The notes: generated by a model from the sequence alone, not told the origin. Positions 13,327 to 27,720 are shown, numbered from the stretch's first letter. The stretch: DNA of 64,000 bases from Carcharhinus amblyrhynchos (GCA_965287045.1 OZ336879.1:37882001-37946000); one strand, 5' to 3'. Program-made: numbers and translations.

Positions 13327-13571
13327 TGTTGCCAGACAGACTTCAGAACAGGTCACATGACCTCCTTCATTTTGTCCTAAATTGAAGACACAGACCAAAA
13401 ACACAACAATTTATAAACCTCATATACAATTGACCTACCACCCCCACATGTGAGACATTTGTCATACAGCTTGAGACACAGTATAAATATTGGAAAATGC
13501 ATTGGATTTTTAGATTAGCTGGTTGCAAAAGCCACGTGACCCTATTAATTTAAAACTATGATAATATTTAC

Positions 13572-13830
13572 TTAACCGAGAAGTGTGGAATGATTCCAGT
13601 GTTGGTGGAAACTAATAATCTGGAACACTGTAGCTCAAGTGAAATAAATTGAAGACATTGAGGATTGTTCACTTGTGATGCATTTATTTTAAAATTTGCA
13701 GGTGAAGTGTCTGTCGCAGCAATGAGCTTGGGAAAATTGGATAATTAGTTTTATTCAGTGAAAAAGACTGATTACCTTCCAGAGCAGAGACTAGAGCTGA
13801 CTTAATTTATTTACAGAAGACTTTAATATG
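13572..13830 (-). pseudogene. PKD1-like exon remnant: TOP/polycystin domain C-terminal half
   Basis: Acceptor tgtttgtttcag; one frame reads ILKSSVNKLSQL*SLLWK...LIIQFSQAHCCDRHFTC..ITSEQSSMSSIYF..FQIISFHQ, matching the L..L....W / FVEFTVYN...LFC / E....G / L.Q pattern, with at least 4 stops. Confidence 0.5.
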
Positions 13831-14322
13831 CTGAAACAAACATCACAAAAGAGGCGAGCAAGCCTTCTGACAACAAAACCATCTCACAATAGATTCGTCA
13901 TCAGTACAAATAAACCGATTTATCCAGAGGTGAATGTTATAACAGTCCTTGCTTACAACCCAAAGTATAATTGGCCTTTTTAATATTGCAATGGTGTCAG
14001 AATAAATAAAGCAATTTGTGAAAAAGAGGAGCGATGTCTACCATTGATAAAGGTGAAACAGGAGCCACAAAACAGATTAACTGGTACTTGATGCAGGTGG
14101 GTTGACTGGTATTTAATTTCCCGGCATGTTGTGATGTGCATACATAATAGTTAGCCTGCACAGTACAAGTTTTTGATGCCTAAATAGCTCTGGCACACAT
14201 TGTAGACACTTGCACAGTAAGAAACATTTGGTATATTAGATCACTGCTTTAGGTGGAAGCACATTCCAAAATGTGCTTTTACCAGACGAAGGAAAGAACA
14301 TTTAGAAACCACAAAAGCACAC

Positions 14323-14393
14323 TCGACAAGAAAAATAATAAACATCTGAAATAGTGGCAAAAGCAACTGTTTCTCTTTCAGGAGGGAGAGGAA
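14323..14393 (-). pseudogene. PKD1-like exon remnant: TOP domain (ATYSGxGY-like)
   Basis: Strong acceptor ctttctcttcaacag; PLPPERETVAFATISDVYYFSCR resembles PKD2-family ATYSGAGYY. Confidence 0.4.
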
Positions 14394-14505
14394 CTGTTGA
14401 AGAGAAAGTATAGGTCAGTTTTAAGATTTGTCTGACTGGGGAAGGATCACAATACTTTGAAAAGTTTGCATGAGAGCCAAGGTTAACCTTACATTGATTG
14501 ACATT

Positions 14506-14645
14506 GGGGCAAATTTTTCTGTGCCGCCCACCACGGCAATCGTAGCGGGAGCGGTGGTGGGGGAGCTGGGGAACCATGGAAATGCCCGCTTATGTTGGAT
14601 AGGATTTTCCAGCTTTGGGGTGAGCATGGCTGGAAAATTCTGCCC
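14506..14645. mobile_element. ~140-bp MITE (Harbinger/Tourist-like)
   Basis: TIRs GGGCAAATTTTTC / GAAAATTCTGCCC. Confidence 0.7.
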
Positions 14646-15024
14646 ACTGTCTTCTGGATTTTGGCTGTTCAATCAGCACCTGTACCATAACTTTGAAATA
14701 AAATTTCTCCAATCTGTTATGATTTCTGTTGGGACCGATCACTTTTACACAACCAAAATCCATACAAATTTAATGGAAAGTAATTTGCTGAACAAGATTT
14801 CACTTTTTAAATTTTTATACTGCAACAAACCAACTAAAATCACATTGATTCAAACATTAATTAAACAGATGGAGGCTATTTCAAATAAAAATGTAAATTT
14901 CACTTTAAGTAGTTGATACAACAAAGATCTGTTTCACACAGTGCTTGTTTACTTCTTGCAGAAATGTGGGACAATGTAAAATCTCAGTCTTTTCAACTTG
15001 GCCATTATTATGTAGCTTTCTCAC

Positions 15025-15197
15025 TTCCCATTAGATTGTTTTGGTCCTTCAGTTGCATTCACCAGCAGTCAGATTCCATCCAATATCCCTGGACAGGGTC
15101 AATACCAACATCTCTGTGAACCCTCTCTTAGTCAAGTAATGACAGGCTTGATGGAAATGAATCTTCAGTAACTCCTTTCTCCAATCTCTCTGGCACA
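15025..15197 (-). pseudogene. PKD1-like exon remnant: TOP domain (GWN motif)
   Basis: Acceptor ctgtttcag, donor gtgaga, phase-compatible with the upstream exon; ..ACHY...DIGWNL.. with two late stops. Confidence 0.4.
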
Positions 15198-15293
15198 CTG
15201 AAACAGCAGGAATGTGTCTTGTCCAATTCACAACCTTTGCCACTGTCTTTGGTACTCTGCTTTATCTAACTGTATAACACACATAGTCACAGA

Positions 15294-15417
15294 GGGTGGG
15301 ATTTTACAGCCTCGCTCAGGTGGGATTGGAAATTCCCGTTTGAGATCAATGGAGATTTCCATTGACAGACCCTCACTGGCGCTGATTCTATGGCGGGCGA
15401 GGGGTAAAGTTCCAGCC
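15294..15417. mobile_element. ~125-bp MITE with 3-bp TSD
   Basis: aga|GGGTGGGATTTTAC...GTAAAGTTCCAGCC|aga. Confidence 0.7.
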
Positions 15418-15593
15418 AGAGACTCAGCTCTATTTTCAGAGACCTGCTTTAGCACTAGGATCTGTTTGAGGATTACCAAACTAATAAAGAGAACCTTGTT
15501 TGTTTCCACTTTACACAAATCTTCTGTGACTCTGAACAGCAAAACAGGAACCACTGACCGACACAACTCCACTGCAATTAACTAACTATTTAC

Positions 15594-15706
15594 CTTTTGT
15601 CTCTTTGTTCATCCTCAGGTCATATGGGCAATTCTTGGAACCTAATGATATCATGATCAGGAAACCAATAAATCCCCTTTCAGAATATACCACAGCCCAC
15701 TTTAAT
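15594..15706 (-). pseudogene. PKD1-like exon remnant: channel helix S1
   Basis: ccctttaag acceptor, AAAG|gtaaat donor; 113 nt open: LKWAVVYSERGFIGFLIMISLGSKNCPYDLRMNKETK, similar to the family pattern GFL.MLLLVAYG.RDP..Y.LN. Confidence 0.55.
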
Positions 15707-16189
15707 CTTAAAGGGACATTGCACAAAAAAAAACATGCTTTTTCTAGCATATTGGTTGTCACAAATCTTGACTCATGTAAAGTATCCCTTGTCCAAGTAC
15801 ATTGAACAAAAGTGATAAATAGAAAAATGAGGAACATTAGATTTCCAATGGTATCATAGAACAAATTAACTTGCAACTTGAAATAAACCAGCTGTGATTA
15901 AGAACAGCAGAATTTGAAAGACAAAATCTGATAGTAATCTGGCAACTATGATACTTTACGATATGGTATTAAAGCTGTGAAGCTTTTAGTACATTGGAAG
16001 ATTTAATTTCTATTAAAGATGAAAAGAAGGCAGAATATCATAAAGCAGTAAATTCTCAAACCAGCCTTGGTAGAGCAGAATAATTTCTGTTAAATAAAAG
16101 CAATAGGAATTAAAAATGTGATCGCCATTAATGATTTTGAGACAATGAGCATAAGGCCAGAATAAAAGATGAAAAGAAGATAGACGTGT

Positions 16190-16460
16190 TTCTACAGAAC
16201 CTTTACAAACTTAGGGCACCCCTGAGTCTGTTACAACCAATAAAGTTTTCTTGAAGTGTAATAGTTATCATAATGTAGGAGGTGTCCTAACAAATTTACC
16301 CGTAACAAGATACCTCAAATAGTTACTAAATAAATGACCAGATAATCTATGTTAGATGTGGGTTGAGAGATACATGTTGGCCAGGATCTTATGAGAATCC
16401 ACCTGTTCTTCTTAACTGAAAGTTCAGACCTGGCTAAATATTGATTCTGAAAGACAACAG
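16190..16460 (-). mobile_element. Deu-domain SINE fragment
   Basis: Reverse complement of cctggccaac...ctcaacccacatc..cagattatctggtcattt and the tail. Confidence 0.65.
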
Positions 16461-19221
16461 ATGTAATTCTCCAGTCCAGTGCGCTCATGCACAGGTTACA
16501 CTGGGCCCATGTGGGTTCAGAGAATTACAGGATGGCAGGGGGCCTAGTGTGTTTAGCACCTCAAAAAACCCCCTTTGGGATTCTCCCAGCCTCTGACATA
16601 ATGTGGTTCCCACCCAATTTCCCTTTGAGATTGGGGTGCTCTTTAAAAGTAGCGTGTTTAGGCCTCACTCCTCTCTGAAATGGAGCAAAACTTGATGGTG
16701 CAGAAGAATCGCCATTTGATTCACGCTGCACATGCCAATGCAGATCACACTGGTTTCCTTGTTTGAAATGACACTAATTTTGGGGGGAGAATTCTACCCA
16801 ACATTCCTGGGAGTGCAACCCCCTCAAGTGTTGTGCTGAAATGGATTACAGGCTCTGAAAGCAGACTTGAAATGGAATGGGTAAGTGATCTTACATGAGC
16901 TAAGTAATCATTAAGTTACTCAAGTGATGTCAATGAGAAAATAAGAAACCATGCTACGAGAATAAAAAACTATCAAGGCTCAAATAAATCACACAGAAGT
17001 CAGAGTTGTGGGGCTATCACGTCTCCATACAGGAAATCAGCATCAGATTATCACTTCATACCCACTTACCTGCATCAAATTTCTTTAGTGCCCGCCTCGC
17101 CTACCCCACCTGATTCAGGCTGGGTGAGGTTCGAGCAGCATAGTACATCCCTGGATCCAAAACACTTGAATATTTCAGGTAAGGGAGGAGGTAAGTGCCT
17201 AAGATTTGTGGATGGGTTTTGGAATTGGTGCTGACATTGAGATGAGGGGAGTGTAGTTGGACATCATGCTGGGTGAGGTTTAGACAGTGGGTCGTCATCA
17301 GGATGGGTGTGATGATATGACATCAGAAGGGGATGGGGAGTCGGATCTCAGACATGGTGATGGAGGACGGGTTGGCCATTGGAGGAGATGTACATCGGTG
17401 GGGGGAGGGGTGAGTCAGACATCAGAGGTGTTGTGGGGGGATTCATGATGGTGGGTAGGACATCCGAGGTGAGCGGGCTGGACATTCAGGGAGATAGGGG
17501 TTCGGTTTGAGGGTGTAGAGGATCAGGTTGGGTTAGGGAAATGGGGGAGGGTTAGTCATGGAGGGGTTGTCAGGATGGTTGGGGGGGTGGTGCCAGCACT
17601 GGGGGCACGTCAGGCTGACTGGGTGAATTGAGATCCAGGTGCATTGGGATGAGTTTGTGGAGGAAAGGGAGGGTCGTGGACTTGAGTGGGGTTGCGGAGG
17701 TCAGATGGTTTGGTGGGATTGGGGAGTCTCATGGGGATGGGGAATACTGTGGGTAGAGGGATAATTAGTGAGTTGGTGGGGGTATGGGAGCCCCCTGTGT
17801 GGTTGAGGGTATGGGGGGAGTGGGAGTTTTGCGCACGGCTCGGTCTGGGTATTTAAAATTGTTATGCTGAAGTTTTATTTCTTCTTTTACAGAGTAACCA
17901 TCCAGAAATGGCAGAACTATTTGAAATTTGCTATTTAAATGATTTGCAGTGCAGTGCAGTTGTCCAGGGAGAGTTAAAGCTTCTTCAATTGCTCAGTAAA
18001 GCCTTATGTGAGGAAATTCCAAGTGGAGTCCCAGAGAACATCTTTGGGGTACTTCCCAAATTCTTGGGGAGCCAGAAATTTACAGGCTATTGAGAGGTTT
18101 GAAATATCAACAAAAAACAAGCAAATGAAGAAAATTGAATTTTGTGCTGAAAGATCTTGGGTGCCGTTATACAGTAGCTGCTACAGTAGGAGCTGTGTCA
18201 CTGACAGTGTCTCGCTGATAAGCTGAACCTTTTTTCCAATAGGAAACTCCAGCACAGCTAATCATATTTTAAATGGTAATATGGGAGGGAGACATTGCAA
18301 ACACTAAACATTTAAATAAGTGCCAGTTCATTTTTGTAAATGTCCTACAGCAACAAGCACCTTGTTAACCTGCTCCACAGCACCAGAGCTATAGTCCATG
18401 TGCCATCTAACCTAAGCAATTTGAGGTTCCCTCCTGTGGAGGAGGGTAGATTGTTCCACCTCTCACTGAAGACAAATCAGGATTTTACACACAAATTGTG
18501 CTGGTGGTTATTAGTGCCGGGCTCACCATCCTTGACATAACTGCAGACATTCCTTCCCGAGGAGACACCACAACCTCACACTTAGCCACTTGCTGATCCC
18601 TAAGGGAACCTAGCTGTGGCACTTAATCTTGTGGAGTCGAGTCGGTCGAGATCCTGCTTGTGGAATTACAGGCAAACTCTCTGAACAGCCTCACAGATGT
18701 AGAACTCCCTTGCAACCTCCATTTAAGGCTGGGTAAGACAGGCCTCCTCCTTCTGTCCCTAGGGGTACGGTGTTACAAAGAGGATGTTCATCTCGTCTCT
18801 GAGAACGAATACTCAACCACTCAAAGAGAAGTACCTCCCTTCATAATCTGTTAAAAGGTGTGTGGGAAGGGAGATTATCTGCACTTCAACAGCTTTTAGT
18901 GGTCAGATCAAAAAAACTACCTGAGACTCTCTGTAAAATCAACTTTATTTATCTAACTAAACAGTTTAACCAAACCATTAACAAACTGAATAAAACACTT
19001 TTCTAATGGAATGCTGTTTAGACAATTACAATTCCTACTTACTTACAAAACAAAATAGAATTTTTAGTCACGCTCAAAATGCAATCAGTTTTGTCATCTT
19101 TTGGAATTTTCTGTTTTCTTTGCTGATTTCTTCGGTTTCTGTTGGTACTTTTACTATTGAGATGAGGCACTCTTTTAAGACATCAATGTGGCAGTTACAC
19201 TGACAGAGAAAAGTTACTTTC

Positions 19222-19257
19222 TGTGTGTGTGTGTGTGTGTGTGTCTCTCTCTCTCTC
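19222..19257. repeat. (TG)n(TC)n compound microsatellite
   Basis: Directly visible. Confidence 0.95.
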
Positions 19258-20391
19258 CCTAGCTGTGATCTGTCGTAGGTGCTGGCAGTTTGAAGCTGGG
19301 AGCTGTGACCTTTATACCCTTGATGACGTACAAAAAACGTCCACGGTAGGATTGGCTTATAGATTATGAAAACATCAAATTCAAATCCGATAGGCTGCTG
19401 CTGTTTAACTGCCTATTTCAAATTGATTGCGCAAACTTCAAAAACAACCTGTTGTCATGGCAACATTACCGCCTAGTCTCTCAATACAATGTTTCATTTT
19501 GGGTCTGTCTGTGTACTTTGCTTCCCTTTATTTAACAGGAAAAAAAACAAAACCAACTTTTAAACAAACAATTTTACGACTCTTAGCATCTTTACAATTT
19601 TCCAAACACTAACTTCACAACAGGGGGAATAGCATTTTCTGATGTGCCCGAGTAGCCTGGAGGAAAACATGTAGGAAATCATCACTGAAATGTGAGGCCG
19701 CCTGGAATCTTCCTTCTGTCATGACAACAAGCCTGTCTTTCCTCAGGCCCTCACCACAGCTGACTGCATGAGTTGCCAACATGGCCACCGTCTCAGCTCC
19801 CACCAGGAAAGCTCAGTCATGCTGCTGAAACTGAAATTGTACCAGTAAAACAAAATAACTTGAAAGGATCAAGACCTTCTGTAACCCTGATACAAGAGTT
19901 AATATATTGATTAAAGGTGTGCCTTAAACATCAGAAACTCAGCCTCCTAATTTGAAGAGGACACTGGGAAATCAGGCTGGGAGGGAGAAGTGAAGATAAG
20001 TTAAAGTCATCTGAATTAAAAAGTACAGAAAAAACATGAGTAGTGGGCTGCAAAGTACATAGCAACAGTACTCAAAATTAATGATGAAATTAAGGAAAGG
20101 AATGCTGTGAAGGTAAATGACACAGCTGTATTCAATGCTGCCATCGTTGAAGTACAAAGAGGGATGTATATGCTTGAAGAGAACTTAATATGAAGATGAA
20201 AGGAATTAGACAAAGCTGGTATGGTGCTTTTACCATCTTCTCTACTACTCTCCATCTCTTTTGTTTGTGAACCTCTCTATTTTTCCTGTTGCCACTTGTT
20301 CCAGGTCAAAGGTAATTCAGGTCACATGGATCCATACTGCTTATTATCCAAAAATTATAATTGATCTCATTACAATGCTCAGAAAGGACAG

Positions 20392-20697
20392 TAGGACTAG
20401 AGGGCACAGCCTCAAGATAAAGGGGGGGGTGGTTTAGAACGGAGTTGAGGAGGAACTTCTTCACTCAAAGGGTGGTGAATCTCTGGAATTCTCTGCCCGT
20501 TGAAGTGGTGGAGGCTACCTCGCTAAATATTTTTAAGACGCGGGTTGATGGGTTTTTGATAAGAGAGGGGATTAAGGGTTATGGGGAGAAGGCGGGAATG
20601 TGGAACTGAGACATGACAGATCAGCCATGATCTTATTGAATGGCGGGGCAGGCTCGAAGGGCTAGATGGCCTACTCCTGCTCCTATTTCTTATGTTC
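20392..20697 (+). mobile_element. CR1 3' end (young)
   Basis: TRGHSLKI..RRNFFTQRVVNLWNSLP; tail cctactcctgctcctatttcttatgttc. The same tail recurs at 30868-31032. Confidence 0.9.
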
Positions 20698-21169
20698 AAT
20701 AGGTGATTTTAAAAAAAACTCCTTAAAGTCCTTCTCAAACATTTTAAAAGCAATCGCAGATTTCTCAAACATGTAAAAACAATTACATGTTTTCCTTACT
20801 GTTACTGCTTCTGGCACAAAGGTCATCACACAATCTGTATCTCTAAACTAAACAGATGGAAAGCGACAGATCTGTGAGGTTCCTGATAATGATCCATTTT
20901 AACTGGAACTGTCTAATTTCTTATCTGATGGGTAGAAAACTACCTTGCTAATTGTCTCTCTTATTTGAGTCTTGAAACAACAGCCTATGTGGCTTAAATA
21001 TTAATGACATCCCCTTTTTGAGCTGCCAATGAGGGCATTACAAGAATCTTTGCCCCCTATGCCTGATTCTCTTGGGAAAACATGCCAGTCCAGAACACAC
21101 GTTGCCTTTGATGACGAAAATGTTTCTCTCCATCGTTTTAACTCATCTAATTTTTAAAAACTGATCTTA

Positions 21170-21512
21170 TAGAATCATAGAAACCATATAATGCCGAAAG
21201 AGGCCATTTGGCTCATCAAATCTGCACCGACAACAGTCACACCCAGGGCCTAACCCCATATCCCTACTTATTTACCCATTAATCTCTCTAACCTATGTAT
21301 CTCAGGACACAAAGGGGCAATTTTCACATGGTCAATCAACCTAACCCACACATCTTGGACTGTGGGAGGAAACTGGAACATCCGGAGAAAACCCACACAG
21401 ACACGAGGAGAATGTGCAAACCCTGCACAGACGGTGACCCAGGCCGGGAATCAAACCCAAGTCCCTGGAGCTGTGAAGCAGCAGTGCTAACCACTGTGCT
21501 ACCGTGCTGCCC
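21170..21512 (-). mobile_element. HE1-type SINE, near full length
   Basis: ggcagcacggtagcacagtggttagcactgctgc.. head; (ttctatg)n tail. Confidence 0.9.
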
Positions 21513-22915
21513 TCCTGTGCTGATCTTCTGAATGCAAACATTGCTTGGGAGGTCAGCATTTATTCCCCATCCTGCAGTGCTCTGGAGAAGTTGGTGGCTG
21601 TAGACCATCTTCACAAACTGCTGCAGCTCTTGCTACAGTGCTGTTTGATAAAGTCTTCCAGAGCTCTGGCCTGGTGATATGTGACTAACTCAGGATGGTG
21701 CACCTGGGGCATTTGAGGTGAAGTGATGGTGTTCCAATATACCTCCTTCCCTTGGCCGTATAGATGGTGGAGGACCTGGTTTTGGAGATGCTGAAAGAGT
21801 TAGGGAAGGGAAAGAGAGATTCCATATTCAATGAATTGCAAATGTTGGCAGCTGATATTATTGTTAATTTATTCTATCCATGTGATCCATTAATTTCCAC
21901 ATCGTAGTCACTGGTGTTATGACTTCTGACTGCCCCATTCAATTTCTTTCCCTTCATTGATTTTCCTAATGTCCATCATCAGAAAAATGTTATTTCAATT
22001 ACCTCCTGTCACCTTGATTGGTCAATCCAAACTCACCTTCACCATTTTCAAAATTCCATATGAACACAATATTTGAGGTTTTTATTTCATCTTGTTTGAC
22101 CATTTTAACTAAACGCCAATGATTGTATATACACATATATAATTAATCCTACTAATTAGTGCTTGCAGCAAAAGCCCAGACAAAATACTGACAGCTATCT
22201 TTATAGATTTGTACTTTGGCTTATTGAACCTTAAGTTTCTATAACATTAATTTCAGTGTGGGTGGTTAAATGATTTATGAGGCTATTAGAAGTCAAGTTT
22301 TGTTAATAACTCTGCCACTATGATTGGAATGTGCTGGGATATAATTTATAATTTACAAGATCACAAGATGATGCAGCTAAGCAAGGTCATTTGATTCATC
22401 ATAGCTCACCCAGCCAAAATAACCCCATAGACCCCTCACTGCAGCTTTAAATTATCTATAATTAATTCCCAGAATTTTTCTCCACTAATCTATCCAAGAT
22501 CTCTACTCCATGTGGTGATTATTATTTGAGTAAAGATAAACTTTCTGACGTAAACTTGGAACTAACCTTTCATTAGTTTTAACCTGTATTACTGTCACAG
22601 TGCAATTTGAAATTCTGTTCCATCTTTACCTTTTCGTGCCATTTATTATCTTTATTATACTGTCTCTCAGTCACCATCTTTCAAGGCCACAAACCTCATA
22701 TTACTCTAATCTTTTTGACAACTCAGCCTTCTGGTATTATGGCCTGAGGAAATAAGTCCTCAGGCTCTTTTCTACAGTGCCTCCAAGGGCTTGATTGTCA
22801 CCGTTGCATCTCCGTAACTAAAATCAAACACAGTCCTCAATACGTGATCAGTCCAGACCTCAGTACAGCTCAAATTCAATGTCCTTTGGCCTATATGCTG
22901 CTGTCATGCACATAC

Positions 22916-23034
22916 ATATTAGGAACATAAAAACAAGAATGCTAAATGACAAACATCCCATGGTCCATCTAATTCTTCTTCTACCCTTTGGTAGTCATGT
23001 GTTACAACAATAATAGGATTGCTGTTTCTATCAT
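22916..23034 (-). pseudogene. PKD1-like exon remnant: end of TM5
   Basis: ctgcag acceptor, gtatgt donor; MIETAILLLL* then a frameshift to QRVEEELD, like V...AFFALVLKRVDDEE. Confidence 0.4.
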
Positions 23035-24244
23035 CTGCAGGTTTAACCATTGGTTGGGATTTACCGCTTGTGTTCCCAATGGGCATGACTGACAGGGTGA
23101 CTGGAAAATATCGCGAGAAGGTCCTGGACATGTTTCCTGGTGGCAAGTATGCAGGATGCGATTTTCCCCTCCCCCGTAAATGGTGAGCCGTGTGTTTTGC
23201 CTTCCAACATTGGGAACGTCATTATAATAAATTTGCATCTCATTATAGTGCCCGCATCATTCCCACATGTTAAATTTAAATTCCACAGAAGCGTGCTTTC
23301 AGAATGATGTGATTCCCACTGACTTTGAGAGACGTGCCACCTGGTGGCCTGAACTTCAAGGGGAACTTTGAGCTGAGTGCACAGAACATAGCGTAGTACT
23401 CATGAAGAACCCAACACTCGGAAACGGATGTACAGTTTCAATGTGATAGCGGGGCTCAGAAGCAAGTCTTCATAGCGGCTTCTTCTTGGTTAGCTTGTGG
23501 TGCCAGGGAGTGGGCAGCAGAGCAGAGAAGGGGAGATTATTTTGGACTATGCAATTGCAAACTGTTTCAAGATTGAGCATTCTTCCACAATAGTGAATGT
23601 TCATTATGAGCTACATTGCCATGCTTGAAGTCTGGGTTTTGAATCAATTATGCCCACTCAAGCAAAGTCATTCCTGAGAGAGGCGGTGTGACAACTCATC
23701 CACATACTCTTCAAAATTAATCCATTGTCATGAGGCTGCAGAATCTTTGGGCAATTTGACCAGCTTGAGACCAAAAGAGAAAATGTTGGAAATCTCAACA
23801 TGTCTGGCAGCATCTGTAAGGAGAGAAAAAAGCTGATGTTTCGAGTCCAGATGACCTTTTGACAAAGCAAGAAGGGCAATGGGATCACTCACTAATGGTG
23901 ATGCTCAGAATACCCAACATTATAGATATATAGGCACAGAACGTTAATCCTCGTAGTCCAATCAAACTGCTCAGTCTGGGACTGCAGGTTAGTTTAATGC
24001 CAACGCTTGAGCTAAGAGCAGAGGGCTCAATTAAGTGGATGAAGTTGCCGCCATTCTGTCACGTGGTATGAGACTGATAACGGCATCTGAAGACTGGGCA
24101 TTCACTTGGTTGCCTGGACTCGCCAGGAGCTTCTGGTAACCTGAAGAGTATTAGCTCAATGCATGGTCGCCCTTCAAATATAGCACATGATTTACTGAAG
24201 CTTGAAGATCATGTCGAAGTATCTTACTCAGGCTGTCTCCGCCA

Positions 24245-24510
24245 CCATATCCCTGTAACCCCATATATTTACCATGACTAATCCATCTAACCTACACACC
24301 TTGGGTCACAAAGGGGCAATTTAGCATGATCAATCTTTCTAGTTTGTACATCTTTGGAGTGTGGGAAGCAACATGCAGCACCTGAAGGAAACCCACGCAA
24401 ACTCAGAGTGAATGTGCAAACTCCACACAGAAAGTTACTCAAGACCGGAATTGAACCCAGGAGCCTGGAGCTGTGAAGTAGCAGTACTAACCACTGTGCC
24501 ATTGTGCCAT
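24245..24510 (-). mobile_element. HE1-type SINE
   Basis: Same head and body as other copies. Confidence 0.85.
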
Positions 24511-27239
24511 CCAGTTTGCCAATTTCTGGAATGATAATGCCCATTTTCTTTGTGGCTCTAGGTCTAGTTTGTTTTGTGCTGTGGTTGGATTCAGGATGTG
24601 ATTTCTGGGGATTGTATCATCCAAAATGATGCTGCTTCAGTGTGCAGTTTCTCAAAACTATTAACCTTTATTTACAGCAACTATTTACAAATTTGGATCT
24701 CTACACAAGGTTGGAGCTTCTCCTTCTAGATCTCTCTTATGTCTTAACCATGTGATTGGACATAATCCTTACATCATCACATTTGTCTCTGATGTAAACC
24801 CTTTACTTCACACTGTGCATTTCTGAAAATGTTAAACATTAGAGATCCCAAACAGATCTTTGTGGCACCCAACACTTTTAAGACTAGCCATACTCTTGCA
24901 TCATTACTCTCTAAGTTCCTTCAGTCAACTAATTACACATTACACATTGTAAAATATTTCCACTGATTACAGCTTTAGTTTTGGTACAAGCTTTTACACA
25001 GATACTGTCGCAAAGGTCCTCACTGAAATCCACTCATCCAGTCCCTTCTGCACACTTTCAAATAAAACTAGTAATTTAGATTGTCAAGATTTCACTTCAT
25101 GAACTTATAATGGCTATGTTTTTGATTTACTTACATTATGAAGATGTGCTTTTTTAAAGATTCAGGCCAAGATTCTCCCAAGTGCCCAATGGGCAGGAAA
25201 ATGGGAGATTTTCCCACCTGTTTTTTGGGCATACTTACCTGAATGAATCTCTGACACTCTGTGCATCACAGAGTGCCTCAGACAAATTCACACCAGAAAG
25301 TTGGGGTGGGGGGGGGTTGCAGAATGGAGGTGGGGTGTGTTCATCCTGCCCAAGATGCTGGCAGCATAGCACTGAGTGGGCCACTGCGCATACATCAATC
25401 TGTCAGTGCGGAGTTTGGTGCATGCGTACTATCCGCCCAATCACCAACCTCCTGATTGCTGGCTTTCCCCCCCCAGAAGGCTGGTCCCCCTCTCCCAATT
25501 GACATCCCCCTCCCCCAGATTGCCAGCCTTCTAGACCCCCCCCAAAACACTCCTCCCCAAAATGGTTGGCCTATGGGACCCCTCCAGATCAGGCCCAATC
25601 TGCCCCTTGATTTCCCCCAGCCCCCCGATGGCCACTCCTGATCCCCTCATAGCCAACCACAATCACCCTTTGCTACCTCCCCCACTATTTATGCAAAATT
25701 GTAAAGTGAATTTCTGTCTTGAATCTGTCTTTAATTCAGGAAATAGTTTCAATAAACTTATCTTGTTCTTTGTTTTACCTAAGAAACCTCTCTGACTAAT
25801 TTTCTACAATCTGAAAGCATAATTAGTGGGACTGCTACAGAATTGGCAAAGTACAACCTCTCTAAATTCACTAAGAAACCTTGTTATAGTCAGACCTGAT
25901 CTGGCAGAACCGCTGAGTCATTTCAGCTCCTCCTCACTTGGTCTTAACACTATTGAGTTTTGTCCTTGCTTTGCTAATTGCTGCTCTGCAGTGACTGGGA
26001 TTGAGTTTCAGCTCTCCTAAAAATCCTAGGTGTCCTTTAGCTATTTCAGCAGTGTTAAAGGAGTATTTATTTTCTTGTTGCAGTACTCTGGATTTATACT
26101 CTCCCGGATTCAACTTCACCCACCATTGTTCCACCAATTTATATATTTTGTCCTCCTCCATTTTCAGCCTCTTGACAGATTAAGCTGCTTGTGCCCATTT
26201 GATATCATCTGCTAATTTACCTTGTGCCTTTGAACCTAAGGCTGAGTGAGATTGCTTCCTCTAAGAAGTCTTGCTTCATTTTGATTTTAAGTCAGCTGGG
26301 GCTGAGTCTGACTTCAGATATACATTGCAAATTTTGAATCAGTATAAATGGAAATTGTTTTGTACGAATGCTATATTACAAGAGGTAATTTTATGACTCA
26401 GTACTCACTTCAGATCCTTCACTAGCTGTGGACTCACACTGGTGCCTCTGTGTTTAATGGATGGGAAAACATGGGTACCGCAGGTCAAAATTCTGAAAAA
26501 GCCATTCAGTGGATGAGGTTACACATTGCAAGCACTAACTCGTAAATTTGTCCTTGGAAATGCGGTCGTATACACTGCAGCAGTTTCAGAGTGTCTAATA
26601 TGGCATTGGCGCATTTAGCAAATCCCATTCATATACCTCTCAATACTGTTTTCTCACAATATGGAAGACAATTTGCCTGCTTAAAAAAATGAAATGGTAA
26701 ACTCCTCACTTCTGTGTGAAGTGTACATATTAATCCAAATTATACGGTGGCATCTCTGTGTAACCCATTCAAGTTGTGGCTGTCCATTTCATGTTATGCT
26801 GTTTCCTGAATGCACTAAAAAAAAACACCTTTTTGCCCTTAAATTTAAATATTTTAGATGGATTCTGAAGTTGTTGGAAGTAAAAATCAGGAGCAATACA
26901 ATGCAGACTATTCAGAGAATTCACTATTACTCACTTCAGATAGTCATAATCTGCCTGGTTTTCAATTGCTTGTACATTTGCAGTGTTAATATGTTGGTAC
27001 ATTATATATTATATGTAGGACAGATGCAAAGTTTGGGTGGGCTCTGGATCACACTGATTACTGTCTCTTTTTTAAAACTGCTACACCCCAAAGGGAGCTG
27101 GCAAGACATTTTTTCGTTGGTTTAGTCTTTCTTGTTGAGTACCTGTCTACTTTTGGTTGAATGGGTTGCAGTGTTCTCTTTTCAGGTTCTAAGTTGCAAT
27201 TTGTGGAGTGAATGACGGTGATGCAGTTACTTTGTATTG

Positions 27240-27720
27240 GCTTTGAGCCAGGAATTGACACTGGTTGGCAAAGAATATTGCCTTATTTAGTTTCACTGAG
27301 CCTTTTCCACCTGTGCCATCTTTCAACAGTGTCCACACGAGGGCAGTAGGCCTCAACTTCAGTGAGATGCCTTGCCTGACACTTGTAACAAGAAAGCTCA
27401 GGGATTTACCTGTTTTTATTTGCTGTGTTTTGGGGAAAGTTTCAGAAGTTACTATGTGCATTAACAGGTTCGAGGCTAACCTCCAACTTTAGTTTGCCTC
27501 TTGAGGTGTTCTTCTATGCTGGTGAACGTACTGACCCACACATGTTTGGGAAGCCAGGGATTTGTACACTTTTTCATAAATGACAACCTGGGTCTTCATC
27601 AAGCATGAGTTGCAATGTTTCTGGCTGTTTTGAGCCATGCTTTCCAATTGGCAATGCTGTTGGTTTTCCTCATACAGCCAAGAAGATGTTGGTTTTTGTA
27701 GCTGGGAGTGGGGTCAGGAG
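27240..27720 (-). mobile_element. Old RTE-clade LINE fragment
   Basis: Degenerate IGK.....L..T.V.IY..V.S pattern downstream of the RT. Confidence 0.4.

Noticed and set aside
17100-17830. G-rich strand-biased tract with G-quadruplex potential
   Set aside because: Similar G/C-skewed interiors recur in the non-autonomous elements (25470-25690, 57060-57400, 60870-61200); there is no evidence of a promoter or CpG island.
18470-19830. Possible LTR/ERV-like fragment (also 10320-10880, 13330-13545, 20700-21120)
   Set aside because: It looks repeat-like, but I could not establish protein motifs or paired termini by eye.
21430-21512. tRNA-like A/B boxes (also at other SINE heads)
   Set aside because: These are heads of HE1-type SINEs, not tRNA genes.
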